Part shown: positions 37,103 to 47,982 of the stretch, piece after piece
Numbering within the stretch: the stretch's first letter is position 1
How the letters are laid out: every line of letters begins with the position of its first letter
Assembly: GCA_964464975.1 (NCBI GenBank)
Contig: CAYXKV010000001.1
Coordinates: 457 to 64,456, forward strand
Direction of reading: 5' to 3'
Source of the DNA: an uncultured Candidatus Saccharibacteria bacterium
Lineage (GTDB): Bacteria; Patescibacteriota; Minisyncoccia; Phycocordibacterales; WO2-35-19
Length of the DNA: 64,000 bases
Notes under the pieces: generated by a model
Databases searched by the model: none
The model's input: only the letters and a program-made list of their open reading frames with translations
Told to the model about the DNA's origin: nothing
Program-made: the position numbers and the translations under genes

Positions 37103-38905
37103 ATGCCCCAGAAGGTATTTAGATTTAGCGAGTTTATAAACAACATAAGGACTGCTCTCGGCTATTCGTTCAGAATTGCGAAGTGGGAGACGGTAGGAAA
37201 TTTTACTCTTTCAACCATTTATGCAGTTTTGCCTTATGGCACAGCATTTCTTTTAGGAACCTTGGTTAACAGGTTGACTGTGATGGTAAATGCTCCTACC
37301 CAAATAGGGGTAGGCATCTTAGGACTTTTTTTGAGTTACGCTATGGTAAGCTCCCTGCCAAATCTAATTTCAGGAATCAATCTTTTTATAACTAAGCTTT
37401 GGAGATTCAAATACCAAGCCGAAATGGAAGTCGAGATCCTGAGGAAAAGGGCGCAGATGGACATCGCCCACTATGAAGATCCTAAATTTCAGGACCTGCT
37501 TCAGAGAGCGTTCCAGAGGAGCCATTGGCCGCTCCTAGAGTTAGCCGATATTCAGTTTGATATTTTCAGAGGACTTGTTGCGCTTATCGCCGGGTCAGTT
37601 TTGTCAGCGGCGTTTAGTTGGAAAATTTATATAGTAATAATCATATGCTCAATACCGAAATTCGTTACGGAATACAAATACGGCTACAACATCTGGAGCA
37701 TATGGATGAAAGATAGCCCTGAGCAGAGGAGGTTCGTTGATTTGAGAAGATACTTCATGTCGAGGACAAATGTTACCGAAACCAAACTCTATCAGTCGGT
37801 TGAGTATCTTTTATCATGGCTTAAAAATATACTGATAGATTTCAATAACAAGCAGATCGATGCAGAAAAGAAAAAACTCTTGCGTGTTGTTTTGTCAGAA
37901 ATTCTGGCTTTCGGCGGTTTTGTGTTTGGGGCCTTCTTCATTCTTCAAGATGTATTGTCAGGCGCGATTATGATAGGCTCAATGGTCTTTCTCCTAAGCA
38001 CGCTCTCAAACGTTCAGCACTCTTTTGGAGATCTTCTCTACAACATCGCAAGACAGAACGAACGTCACCTTATAGTCAAAGACATTCTTGAGTTCATGAA
38101 TACCAAACCTTTCGTAGACATACCCAAAAAGCCTAAAAAACTAAAACTAAAATCGCCACCGGAGATCGAATTTGAAAATGTAAGCTTCAAGTATCCAAAC
38201 TCAGACAAGTGGAGCCTCAAAAACTTGAACTTTATCTTCAAGCCCGGGCAGAAAATAGGACTTGTTGGAAACAATGGCGCCGGCAAAACTACGCTTGTCA
38301 AACTTATATGCAGGATTTATGACCCTACTAAGGGCAGAATATTGATAAATGGGATTAACTTAAAGGATCTTGATTTCAATGAATGGTGGTCTTATTTGGG
38401 AGTGATGTTCCAGGACTTTTCCAATTATGACTTTGTTACCAAAGAGGCAATCGCCATGGGCAGGCCTGAAAAAACACTTTCCATAAAGGAGGTTATAAGA
38501 GCCGCAAAAATCAGCGAGTCTCACTCATTCATTGAGGAGTGGAAAAGGAAATATGATGAGCCCATTGGCGTTGAATTTGACGGCGTAGAACCCTCGAAAG
38601 GCCAGAGACAGAAGCTTGCTATATCCAGAGTAATTTACAGGAATCCATATGTGATGATCCTTGATGAGCCAACTGCATCTGTTGACGCAGAGTCGGAGGC
38701 GAAGATATTTGATTCACTCGATAGCCTTCCAAACTCTATGACAGCCATTCTGATTTCGCACGATTTTTCGACGATAAGGGAATGCGATGAGATCTTCGTT
38801 TTCGATCACGGCGAACTTGCAGAGAGCGGCAGTCACGATGATCTGATGAAAAACAACACTCTTTACTCTGAGCTTTTCAAGCTTCAAGCCAAGAGATTTG
38901 TATAA
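37103..38905 (+). CDS. ABC transporter fused permease/ATP-binding protein
   Basis: TM domain; GNNGAGKT, PSKGQRQK, ILDEPT. Confidence 0.92.
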   Translation: MPQKVFRFSEFINNIRTALGYSFRIAKWETVGNFTLSTIYAVLPYGTAFLLGTLVNRLTVMVNAPTQIGVGILGLFLSYAMVSSLPNLISGINLFITKLWRFKYQAEMEVEILRKRAQMDIAHYEDPKFQDLLQRAFQRSHWPLLELADIQFDIFRGLVALIAGSVLSAAFSWKIYIVIIICSIPKFVTEYKYGYNIWSIWMKDSPEQRRFVDLRRYFMSRTNVTETKLYQSVEYLLSWLKNILIDFNNKQIDAEKKKLLRVVLSEILAFGGFVFGAFFILQDVLSGAIMIGSMVFLLSTLSNVQHSFGDLLYNIARQNERHLIVKDILEFMNTKPFVDIPKKPKKLKLKSPPEIEFENVSFKYPNSDKWSLKNLNFIFKPGQKIGLVGNNGAGKTTLVKLICRIYDPTKGRILINGINLKDLDFNEWWSYLGVMFQDFSNYDFVTKEAIAMGRPEKTLSIKEVIRAAKISESHSFIEEWKRKYDEPIGVEFDGVEPSKGQRQKLAISRVIYRNPYVMILDEPTASVDAESEAKIFDSLDSLPNSMTAILISHDFSTIRECDEIFVFDHGELAESGSHDDLMKNNTLYSELFKLQAKRFV

Positions 38906-38986
38906 TATGTTGTGTTTTCATATCCAGATTAAACGAAACGCGCCCCGAAGAGCGCGTCAGTTTACGTAAACAAGAGTGTTTCGTTG

Positions 38987-39286
38987 TTATTTCCTCACAT
39001 TGTTTAGACTTCGGAACTTACCTTCTGGACCAAAGACGATGTCTGTGTCTGCGAATCGCAGGACAAAGCGATCATTTCCGGTTATGATAACTTCCGCATT
39101 CTCAAGGATTGCAAGTATGCTTGTTAGCCGAAGATTTTCGGCTTCAAGAATCTTGATTCGGACTCTCAATCGGCCTGCTTCTGGAGTTTCGCCGGAACCC
39201 CACCACCTCCCGATAAGGTATGCGGCTACGATAGCCGCAATTATCCCAACAACTAAAGGTATGTTCCACACCGCCTGTACCTCCAT
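38987..39286 (-). CDS. Hypothetical single-TM protein
   Basis: ORF with hydrophobic N-terminus and short coiled coil; start placed at ATG 39286. Confidence 0.5.
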   Translation of the reverse strand: MEVQAVWNIPLVVGIIAAIVAAYLIGRWWGSGETPEAGRLRVRIKILEAENLRLTSILAILENAEVIITGNDRFVLRFADTDIVFGPEGKFRSLNNVRK

Positions 39287-39367
39287 TAAAACAATAATAT
39301 ACAAAAAACTATTGGTCAAACCGCTAAACGGCTTTTTCGGCATTCAAAATACTGCTATAATTGCGCC

Positions 39368-40789
39368 ATGCAAAGAACTTATATAAAGGACTTAAAAGGT
39401 AGTGAGGGCAAGGAAGTTTCTATAAAAGGCTGGGTGAATGTGAGGAGGGACCAGGGCAAAATGGTCTTTATCGACATGAGGGACATGACTGGCATCGTCC
39501 AGTGCGTTGTCTTGCCAAAAAGTAGAGCTATAGAGAAGGCAAAAGAGATCAGGGACGAATGGGTATTAGAAGTGAGGGGGGTGGTAAACAAAAGACCTGA
39601 CAAAAACGTAAACACAGATGCCCCAAACGGCGACATAGAGATTGAGATAGGGCAGATAGAAGTATTAAACAAAGCAGAAACCCCTCCTTTCGACGTCTCT
39701 GCAGATACCAAGGAAGTAAATGAGGACATCCGCCTAAAGTACAGGTACCTAGACCTTCGAAGCACAAGAATGCAGAAAAATATAAGGATGCGCCACCATA
39801 TAATCAAGCATATTCGCGATTATCTCGACCATGAGAATTTTACAGAAATTGAGACTCCCATTCTTACCAAATCCACACCTGAAGGCGCCCGCGACTACGT
39901 AGTGCCATCTCGGCTTTACAGAGGAGAGTTTTACGCCCTCCCCCAATCCCCGCAGCAGTACAAGCAGCTCCTGATGACAGGGGGGATTGAGCGGTATTTT
40001 CAGATTGCCAAATGCCTTCGCGACGAAGACACCCGCGGAGACCGACAGCCGGAATTCACACAACTTGATATGGAAATGAGTTTTGTCGAGAGAGAGGATG
40101 TGATGAAAATAAACGAGGGGCTCTTGATTTCAATCGTAGAAAGCCTCTATCCGGAAAAGAAAATCCAGGAAAAACCTTTTCCGCGTATTTCTTACAAAGA
40201 AGCGACTGAAAAGTACGGCACCGATAGGCCGGATATAAGGAAGGATAAAAATGATCCGAACCTTTTAGCCTTCTCGTGGGTTATTGATTTCCCGTTTTTT
40301 GAGAAGACAGGCAGCTCCGACAACAAACAGACAAAGGGAGAGTGGACATTCACTCACAATCCGTTTTCAAGACCCATACCGGAGCATATGAAAAATCTTT
40401 TAGAGAAACGCGAAATAGGCGAGATCATTACTTCCCAGTATGACGTGGTGCTTAACGGTTTTGAGATCGGGGGTGGTAGCGTAAGAAATCATCAGTATGA
40501 AGCTTTAGAGAAAGTTTTTGAAATCCTTGGTTATGAGAAGGATGCTATCGAAAAGGACTTCGGTCACATGCTCTCTGCCTTCAAACTCGGTACTCCGCCT
40601 CATGGTGGCATTGCATGGGGCCTCGACAGGTTGGTAATGCTTTTGCAGGACGAACCAAACATCCGTGAAGTCATTGCCTTTCCCAAAACAGGGGAGGGTA
40701 AGGATTATATGATGAATTCCCCAAGTCCCATCTCCGACCGCCAGCTCCGTGAGCTCGGCCTCCAAATCGTAAAACAAGATAAGAAATAA
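39368..40789 (+). CDS. aspS: Aspartate--tRNA ligase (short, lacking GAD insertion)
   Basis: OB fold, STPEGARDY, LPQSPQ, RQPEFTQLD, PPHGGIAWGLDR. Confidence 0.96.
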   Translation: MQRTYIKDLKGSEGKEVSIKGWVNVRRDQGKMVFIDMRDMTGIVQCVVLPKSRAIEKAKEIRDEWVLEVRGVVNKRPDKNVNTDAPNGDIEIEIGQIEVLNKAETPPFDVSADTKEVNEDIRLKYRYLDLRSTRMQKNIRMRHHIIKHIRDYLDHENFTEIETPILTKSTPEGARDYVVPSRLYRGEFYALPQSPQQYKQLLMTGGIERYFQIAKCLRDEDTRGDRQPEFTQLDMEMSFVEREDVMKINEGLLISIVESLYPEKKIQEKPFPRISYKEATEKYGTDRPDIRKDKNDPNLLAFSWVIDFPFFEKTGSSDNKQTKGEWTFTHNPFSRPIPEHMKNLLEKREIGEIITSQYDVVLNGFEIGGGSVRNHQYEALEKVFEILGYEKDAIEKDFGHMLSAFKLGTPPHGGIAWGLDRLVMLLQDEPNIREVIAFPKTGEGKDYMMNSPSPISDRQLRELGLQIVKQDKK

Positions 40790-40837
40790 GGAGCGACTTT
40801 CCGCAGAAAAAAAGGTAGTTTGTGGTAAAATAGAGCC

Positions 40838-41569
40838 ATGAATGGAGGGTTTAAGGTCAGGGTGGGACAGTTTGAAGGGCCGCTTGATTTGCTGCTCGAC
40901 CTCGTTGAGAAAAGGAGGCTTCATATAAGCGATGTCACCCTATCGCAGGTTGCTGATAATTTTATAAATTACGTTAAGTCGTTTGATGAATTTCCAATGA
41001 AGGACTCTGCGGATTTCATCTTGGTGGCATCGACCCTGCTTCTTATCAAGTCCAAATCCCTTTTGCCCGGCCTCAGCCTCACCGAAGAGGAGCAGGAGAG
41101 TATCGAAGAACTTGAAAGGAGGCTCGAGTCTTACAAGACATATAAAGAGGCAGCGCAGGTTCTTTCTAAAATCTTTGGAAAATTTCTTTATTTTCCAAAA
41201 GAGAAAAGGTGGCAAAAATCAGTATTTTACCCAACTTCTGAAATAACAACTTCGAATTTGAAGAACGCTATCCTTAGTGCTATCGAGAGCATGCCGAAAA
41301 AGGCTGAGCCTCTTTCAAAGATCGGCGTCCGAAAAATAATTAGTCTTGAAGAGATGATTGAGAGACTGAGAGAGAAAATAGAGAGTTCGCTTAAAATGAG
41401 CTTCCGCGAATTTTCCATGATGAACAAGGCGGAGAGGATCGATGTTATCGTGAGCTTTCTCGCCATGCTTGAGCTTGTAAAGCGCGGCTTGGTGCGAGCC
41501 GAACAGCACAGCCACTTCGAGGATATCAACATTGAGTTGGAAAGAACGGGAGTGCCAACATATAATTAA
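40838..41569 (+). CDS. scpA: Segregation/condensation protein A
   Basis: FEGPLDLLL, IKSKSLLP, FLAMLEL. Confidence 0.93.
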   Translation: MNGGFKVRVGQFEGPLDLLLDLVEKRRLHISDVTLSQVADNFINYVKSFDEFPMKDSADFILVASTLLLIKSKSLLPGLSLTEEEQESIEELERRLESYKTYKEAAQVLSKIFGKFLYFPKEKRWQKSVFYPTSEITTSNLKNAILSAIESMPKKAEPLSKIGVRKIISLEEMIERLREKIESSLKMSFREFSMMNKAERIDVIVSFLAMLELVKRGLVRAEQHSHFEDINIELERTGVPTYN

Positions 41570-41582
41570 CAATCGGATAAAT

Positions 41583-42131
41583 ATGATGAATATGGAGCAA
41601 CAAATAGAGGCGGTACTGTTTTATGAAAACGAGCCGGTAGAAATTAAAAAACTCTGCAAAATTTTGGACACAAGCGAACATGACATCAATGACGCCCTCA
41701 TTGCGTTAAGCGGTAGCCTTGAGGGCAGGGGGATATGCCTTATTAACAACGGTAGGGAAGTCGCACTCGCCACCTCCAAGGACATGGAGAGCATAATAGA
41801 TAAACTTGCTAAGGACGAAATGAGTCGGGAGATTGGCAAAGCGGGTTTGGAGACCCTTGCAATAATACTTTATAATGGGGATGTATCCCGTCGGGAGATA
41901 GATTTCATTCGGGGAGTCAATTCGACGTTCATTTTGAGGAACCTCTCCATGCGAGGGCTTATAGAACGGGAACACAAGGAAGGCGATAGGTCCTACAAGT
42001 ACAGGGTAAGTTTGCCACTTTTGGCTCACTTAGGGATAAGATCGGTGGACGAACTGCCTGAATTTGATAGTTTAAGTAAAAAGGTAGCCGAAATTTCAAA
42101 GAATTTGGAGGATCAGGACAATAATGAATAA
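41583..42131 (+). CDS. scpB: Segregation/condensation protein B
   Basis: IEAVLF, LETLAII, IDFIRGVNS, ELP. Confidence 0.93.
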   Translation: MMNMEQQIEAVLFYENEPVEIKKLCKILDTSEHDINDALIALSGSLEGRGICLINNGREVALATSKDMESIIDKLAKDEMSREIGKAGLETLAIILYNGDVSRREIDFIRGVNSTFILRNLSMRGLIEREHKEGDRSYKYRVSLPLLAHLGIRSVDELPEFDSLSKKVAEISKNLEDQDNNE

Positions 42132-43071
42132 AATTAATATGGACATGGAAAGAAGAACAAAATATTTCGTTCATGTTGTGGCGATACTTTCGCTTATTTC
42201 CATATTTATTTTCGCAATTTTGGTGAACGGGGACAAAAATCCAGAGAAAGCCGAGGCTTCGGAAGTAGAGGCAAGTCCTCAACCTTTCACGGATATAGCA
42301 CTTGAGGCCAAAGCGGCAATAGTGGTAGATCTAGTAAACGGCAGAGAGCTTTTTTCCAAAAATCCTGACGAGCCATTGCCTCTCGCGTCACTTACCAAAG
42401 TTATTACCGCGCTTACTGCAGACTTGAAGCTTCCCAATTCTCTGAGCGTAAGGATAAGGGATGAGTACCTTGCACCCGAGGGTGATTCAGGGCTTATAAG
42501 TGATGATGTATGGCAGGCTCGGGATTTGAGGGATTTTACCTTGCTTACTTCGTCAAACGACGGGGCTTTCGCTCTAGCGGCTGCAGCAGAGTCTTTGGGC
42601 AGGGAAGCTGTCTATGACATAGGTTCACGTGATCAGTTTGTAAAAGCCATGAACGACACCGCCCTCGAGATTGGACTCCTGAGCAGCAAATTTTACAACG
42701 AACACGGACTCGACAGGGAAGCAGACAAAGGCGGTGCATATGGCAGTGCTCGGGATATGGCCACACTTTTTGAATACATTATCAAAAATCGCCCAGCAAT
42801 CCTCGAAGCCACACGTTACGACAGCCTGAGTTTCAAAAGCTCGCTCAAAAATTATCTGGCGGAGAACACCAACCCATATATAAACGAGATACCCAACGTC
42901 ATTGCTTCCAAAACGGGCTACACCGATCTTGCCGGTGGAAATCTGGTAGTGGTTTTCGATGCTGGGGTCAATATGCCGATTGCAATCTCAGTACTTGGAT
43001 CTTCGCAAGAAGGAAGGTTTTCTGATACCTTAAAGTTAGTAGAAGCGAGTTTGAAAGCTATTTCTAATTAG
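42124..43071 (+). CDS. D-alanyl-D-alanine carboxypeptidase (S11)
   Basis: SLTK, SSN, KTG motifs. Confidence 0.9.
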   Translation: MNKINMDMERRTKYFVHVVAILSLISIFIFAILVNGDKNPEKAEASEVEASPQPFTDIALEAKAAIVVDLVNGRELFSKNPDEPLPLASLTKVITALTADLKLPNSLSVRIRDEYLAPEGDSGLISDDVWQARDLRDFTLLTSSNDGAFALAAAAESLGREAVYDIGSRDQFVKAMNDTALEIGLLSSKFYNEHGLDREADKGGAYGSARDMATLFEYIIKNRPAILEATRYDSLSFKSSLKNYLAENTNPYINEIPNVIASKTGYTDLAGGNLVVVFDAGVNMPIAISVLGSSQEGRFSDTLKLVEASLKAISN

Positions 43072-43077
43072 AAATAT

Positions 43078-44154
43078 ATGATGATCGATATTGTAAAGGT
43101 GTTTCTGCCGGCGGTGGGGGCGTTTGTTCTCGGTATTTTGCTTACTCCTTTTCTCACCGGTTTCCTCTACAAGCACAAAATGTGGAAGAAAAAAGCCGGC
43201 AAAACGGCTCTTGACGGAAGCGAGGCAGTCATTTTTAACGAACTGCACAAGGAGAAAGAGGTTAACACTCCACGAATGGGGGGAGTGGTCATTTGGTTTA
43301 GCGCATCGCTCGTCATGTTCATCATCTGGTTATTGTCGCATCTGTTACCGACAGAGAGCACCATCAAGATGGATTTCCTTTCCAGGAGTCAGACCTGGGT
43401 GCCTCTTGCCACACTTCTTTTTGGCGCTCTTGTCGGCCTTATCGATGACTACCTTGAGGTCAAAGACTCCGTAAACGGACAAAGAGGTGGGGGGCTTTCT
43501 CTCATCATCAGGCTTTCGGCAGTAGGCTTTATGGCGCTTCTCACTGCACTTTGGTTTTACTTTAAACTTGATGTGAATTCAATCGGCCTTCCTTTTGGTT
43601 TTCAAGAATTTTATCTGGGGCCTCTGTTTATGTTGCTCTTTATCATTGTGGCTCTTTTCATTTATGCAGGCGGAGTCATCGATGGGCTTGATGGTCTCGC
43701 AGGCGGTGTTTTTGCCACCATATTTGCCGCCTATGCCGGCATTGCCTTCTATCAGCAACAGATAGATCTGGCCGCCTTCTGTGCCACACTATCCGGCGGA
43801 ATCCTTGCCTTCCTCTGGTTCAATATTCCTCCCGCACGGTTTTATATGTCGGAGACAGGAAGCATGGGGCTTACCATCACTCTTACGGTTGTCGCCTTCA
43901 TGACCGACAGGCTAGGGGAGGGTTACGGACTTTTGGTCCTGCCGGTTATTGCCATGCCTTTGGTCATAACAGTCCTTTCAAACGTTATCCAGGTTTTTTC
44001 CAAAAAATTCAGGGGGAAAAAGGTCTTTTTAGTCGCTCCATTGCACCATCATTTCGAGGCAAAGGGTTGGCCATCTTACAAGGTCACCATGCGCTATTGG
44101 GTATTCTCCACCGTATGCGCCATCCTGGGCATTTCCCTCGCCCTCATTGGGTAA
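43078..44154 (+). CDS. mraY: Phospho-N-acetylmuramoyl-pentapeptide transferase
   Basis: TPRMGG, IDD, DGLDGL, APLHHHFE. Confidence 0.95.
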   Translation: MMIDIVKVFLPAVGAFVLGILLTPFLTGFLYKHKMWKKKAGKTALDGSEAVIFNELHKEKEVNTPRMGGVVIWFSASLVMFIIWLLSHLLPTESTIKMDFLSRSQTWVPLATLLFGALVGLIDDYLEVKDSVNGQRGGGLSLIIRLSAVGFMALLTALWFYFKLDVNSIGLPFGFQEFYLGPLFMLLFIIVALFIYAGGVIDGLDGLAGGVFATIFAAYAGIAFYQQQIDLAAFCATLSGGILAFLWFNIPPARFYMSETGSMGLTITLTVVAFMTDRLGEGYGLLVLPVIAMPLVITVLSNVIQVFSKKFRGKKVFLVAPLHHHFEAKGWPSYKVTMRYWVFSTVCAILGISLALIG

Positions 44155-44202
44155 CTTATTTAACAAACCAGAAAATATTAAATCGTGTGCTAAAATGATG
44201 AT

Positions 44203-45309
44203 GTGGCCGGAAAAGTTTCTAGGATAAGCAAGCCGTTTCTTCTCTGGACCGTGGTGCTCACGGTCGGCGGTTTTTTTATTTTCAGCTCCGCATCTCTCGG
44301 CGTCTTGGCTCGTGATGAGGTCAAGTTTTCTAATGTCGCCTTCAACCAGCTTTTTTACGGACTGTTTTTCGGCTCGCTTGCCTGCTTGTATTTCTCAAAG
44401 CTTGACTACCACGTTTGGAAAAAGAGCGCTTTTTACCTTTTTATAATTTCTCTTGTTCTCACTCTTTTGGTTTTCGTCCCCCCACTCGGCATGGAGCACG
44501 GCGGGGCAAAGCGCTGGATAAATTTGAGGTTCATCACTTTTCAACCGGCAGAATTTCTGAAAATTTCTTTCATTGCATATTTTGCGGCATGGCTTTCGGC
44601 CATTAAATCCAAAGTTTCAACCTTTAAATGGGGTCTTTTACCATTTATGATTTTCATGATTATAATCGGGGGAACGCTTCTGTCCCAACCTGATACCGAC
44701 ACTTTCGCAGTCATACTTTTCGCGGCAACTGCAATGTTTCTCGCCGCCGGGGCAAGCTGGAAACATTTGTCTGTGCTGTTTATTGTAGGCCTCGTCGGTC
44801 TAGCAGGCCTTGCCTACACTCGACCTTACGTCAAGCAGAGGATCGAGGTTATGCTCAACCCATTGGCAAACCAGCAGACAAGCGGTTACCAGCTTACCCA
44901 ATCTCTTATCGCTGTCGGATCAGGAGAGCTTTTCGGCCGAGGTTTTGGGCAAAGCGTCCAGAAATTTCACTATCTGCCGGAACCTATCGGGGACTCGGTT
45001 TTTGCCGTCGCCGCTGAGGAGTTCGGTTTTATCGGCGCCTCTATAATCATGTTCATTTTTGTTATGTTTTCTCTCGAAGGCCTCAAGATATCGGCGGGCA
45101 CCAAGGATGATTTTGGAAGGTTATTTTCCCTTGGAATTGTTATACTTATTGTGTCCCAGGCATTTGTAAACATAGGCGGGATGATAGGTATTTTGCCTCT
45201 TACAGGCATCCCTCTGCCTTTTGTAAGCCACGGCGGTACAGCCCTCTTCATCACCCTTATAGAAGCGGGAATCATCATGAACATATCAAGGCACAGCAAA
45301 AAATTATAA
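44203..45309 (+). CDS. ftsW: SEDS peptidoglycan glycosyltransferase FtsW
   Basis: GAKRWI, QPAEF, EEFG, PLTGIPLPFVSHGG; between mraY and murG. Confidence 0.9.
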   Translation: MAGKVSRISKPFLLWTVVLTVGGFFIFSSASLGVLARDEVKFSNVAFNQLFYGLFFGSLACLYFSKLDYHVWKKSAFYLFIISLVLTLLVFVPPLGMEHGGAKRWINLRFITFQPAEFLKISFIAYFAAWLSAIKSKVSTFKWGLLPFMIFMIIIGGTLLSQPDTDTFAVILFAATAMFLAAGASWKHLSVLFIVGLVGLAGLAYTRPYVKQRIEVMLNPLANQQTSGYQLTQSLIAVGSGELFGRGFGQSVQKFHYLPEPIGDSVFAVAAEEFGFIGASIIMFIFVMFSLEGLKISAGTKDDFGRLFSLGIVILIVSQAFVNIGGMIGILPLTGIPLPFVSHGGTALFITLIEAGIIMNISRHSKKL

Positions 45310-45330
45310 ATTGAAATTTTTTTAAATAAA

Positions 45331-46464
45331 ATGAAGATCATATTTACAGGCGGCGGGTCAGGAGGGCATTTTTATCCGATCATCGCAATTGCAGAATCGA
45401 TACAGAAGATTGGAAGGGAGCGCAAGCTGATTTCCCCAAAAATGTATTTTTTTGCGCCTTCGCCTTACAACCAAGGAATTCTCTACGACCATGGTATCGA
45501 ATTCAACAAGATAAGCGCCGGCAAGTTACGCAGGTATTTTTCGGTTATGAATTTTTTTGACATTTTCAAAACTTTTTTCGGAATAATAGGAGCAATCTTC
45601 GACGTTTTCGACGTCTATCCTGACGTAGTATTCAGTAAAGGAGGTTATGGAAGTTTCCCCGCTGTTCTTGCCGCGCGCCTTTTGCGGATACCGGTGTTCA
45701 TTCACGAATCCGATTCTGTCCCAGGCAGGGCAAATAAGTGGGCCGGCAGATTTGCCGCACGCATTGCCGTTTCTTACAAAGAAGCAGCTGAGCACTTCAA
45801 GCACCAAGACAGAATCGCCTATACAGGCCAGCCGGTAATGGAGGAAAAAACCGTCCCGATAACCGAGAAGGCCCATGAATTTTTCGGTTTTGAGGAGACG
45901 GTACCGACTATTTTTATACTTGGAGGATCACAGGGGGCCGAGGTTATAAACAACATGATTCTTGATGTATTGCCTGAGCTAGTAAAAGATTTTCAAATAA
46001 TCCACCAGACTGGAGACGTTAATTTCCATGTCATCAAGGAGTCCGCCTCTGCAATTCTACTCGACAGCCCTAATCGAGCGAGGTACAAGCCTTTCGGATA
46101 CCTAAACAGCCTTGAGATGCGCATGGCCGCAGGAGCGGCGGAGCTCGTCATAAGCAGGGGAGGCTCAACTATTTTTGAGATTGCCGCTTGGGGCAAGCCC
46201 TCGATCATAATCCCTATAACAAATTCAAACGGTAATCATCAGGTCAAAAATGCGTATATATACGGGAGGGCAGGAGCCTGCTCTGTCATGGAGGAAGAAA
46301 ATCTTAAAAACAACATTTTCCTTGCCGAAATCAGGAGAATATTAGAAAACAAGGAAATAGTTTCAAAAATGAGTGAGTCGGCAAAGGCTTTTTTCAAGCC
46401 GGGTGCGGCCGATACAATCGCTCGCGAAATTTTCTCCATCATTATCTCCCACGAGAAGATATAA
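45331..46464 (+). CDS. murG: MurG glycosyltransferase
   Basis: GGGSGGHFYP, HESD, GGSQGA, HQVKNA. Confidence 0.95.
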   Translation: MKIIFTGGGSGGHFYPIIAIAESIQKIGRERKLISPKMYFFAPSPYNQGILYDHGIEFNKISAGKLRRYFSVMNFFDIFKTFFGIIGAIFDVFDVYPDVVFSKGGYGSFPAVLAARLLRIPVFIHESDSVPGRANKWAGRFAARIAVSYKEAAEHFKHQDRIAYTGQPVMEEKTVPITEKAHEFFGFEETVPTIFILGGSQGAEVINNMILDVLPELVKDFQIIHQTGDVNFHVIKESASAILLDSPNRARYKPFGYLNSLEMRMAAGAAELVISRGGSTIFEIAAWGKPSIIIPITNSNGNHQVKNAYIYGRAGACSVMEEENLKNNIFLAEIRRILENKEIVSKMSESAKAFFKPGAADTIAREIFSIIISHEKI

Positions 46465-46613
46465 AAAATTACCTCGATTCGTAACACTCCCTTGATCTTT
46501 CTCTTTAAAATAAAGGGGGAAGGTGTTATGAATTATGTCTCAGGGTAAGAGGGGGGTTCTGGGGTGTCATGAAAGGCGTCGAAAAACGATCAATTTTTTG
46601 CTAAAATGTCGAT

Positions 46614-47975
46614 ATGGAAAACACAGGTAAAGTGGTAGTGCGCTACCCTCCAAGCCCCACCGGCCCTTTTCATGTAGGCAACGCGAGGACCTTCCTTTAC
46701 AACTGGCTTTTTGCCAAACAGCATGGAGGTAAAGTAGTTTTCAGAATAGAAGACACTGACAAAGAGCGTTCACGAGAAGAATTTGCGCAAGATATAATTG
46801 AAAACCTGAAATGGTTAAAAATAGAACCTGATTTTTCTACTACTGTCAAACAGTCGGAGAGGGGAGCGGTTTACCGCAAATATATGGAAAAGATGATTGG
46901 CAAAGGCTTTGCGTATATATCCAAAGAAGACGCCCCTGAAGAAGGACAGAGGGACGAGGTCGTCAGGTTCAAAAACCCTAATAAAAAAATCATTTTTGAA
47001 GACCTGATCCGCGGCCAAATAGAATTTGATACGGCAGAGCTCAAGGATTTCATTATCGGCAAAAGCCTAGATGAGCCAATTTATCATTTGGCAGTGGTCA
47101 TAGACGATTTCGAGATGGGAGTGACACACGTGATTAGAGGAGACGATGGGATATCAAACACCCCAAGACAGATACTTATCCAAGAAGCCATAGGAGCCCA
47201 AAGGCCGGTTTACGCTCACCTGCCCCTCATCCTGGCTCCCGACAAGACCAAACTGTCAAAGAGAAAGCATGGCGAACAAGTCTCCGTGACCTTTTATCGC
47301 AAGCGCGGGTACTTGCCAGAAGCCCTTATAAACTTCCTCTCAATGATCGGATGGAACCCAGGAACTAATCAGGAAATTTTTTCAATCGAGGAGCTTGTTT
47401 CTACCTTTAGTATAGAGAAAGTCCAAAAGAAAGGCGCCATCTTCAATATTGAAAAACTTGACTGGCTCAACCGCGAGTGGATGCGCAAACTTCCAAAAGA
47501 CGAACAGATGGCGGGATTCATAAAAGAACTTTCTGAGACAAGATTTTCAAATTCAGATAAGCTCAAAGACCAAAGGTATATTGGCTTGATCTTTAACCTT
47601 GTCCTCGACAGGATACACAAATGGACAGACATCGGAGATCTGGCTCTGAAAGGCGAGTTTGACTGCTTTTTTGAGGAACCAACGCTTCTCAAGAGTTCGA
47701 TTCACTGGAAGGACTCTTCTCCCGATGTGGCCGCCAAAAACCTAAAGGACTTATTGTCTCAGGCATCTCTATTAAATGACGGGGAGGAAGAAAAATTCGC
47801 AGAAATCATGATGACTTTAGCGCAAGAGAGGGGCAAAGGTGATGTTCTTTGGCCAATACGCTATGCTCTCTCCGGGAAAGAGAAGTCACCCGATCCAGCT
47901 TCACTTGTTAGGATATTAGGAATTAGCAGGTCGAGAGAGAGGATCACCAAAGCAATCGAAACTTTAAAAACTTAA
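46614..47975 (+). CDS. gltX: Glutamate--tRNA ligase
   Basis: PSPTGPFHVGN, RIEDTD, THVIRGDD, KLSKR. Confidence 0.95.
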   Translation: MENTGKVVVRYPPSPTGPFHVGNARTFLYNWLFAKQHGGKVVFRIEDTDKERSREEFAQDIIENLKWLKIEPDFSTTVKQSERGAVYRKYMEKMIGKGFAYISKEDAPEEGQRDEVVRFKNPNKKIIFEDLIRGQIEFDTAELKDFIIGKSLDEPIYHLAVVIDDFEMGVTHVIRGDDGISNTPRQILIQEAIGAQRPVYAHLPLILAPDKTKLSKRKHGEQVSVTFYRKRGYLPEALINFLSMIGWNPGTNQEIFSIEELVSTFSIEKVQKKGAIFNIEKLDWLNREWMRKLPKDEQMAGFIKELSETRFSNSDKLKDQRYIGLIFNLVLDRIHKWTDIGDLALKGEFDCFFEEPTLLKSSIHWKDSSPDVAAKNLKDLLSQASLLNDGEEEKFAEIMMTLAQERGKGDVLWPIRYALSGKEKSPDPASLVRILGISRSRERITKAIETLKT

Positions 47976-47982
47976 AACTGAA

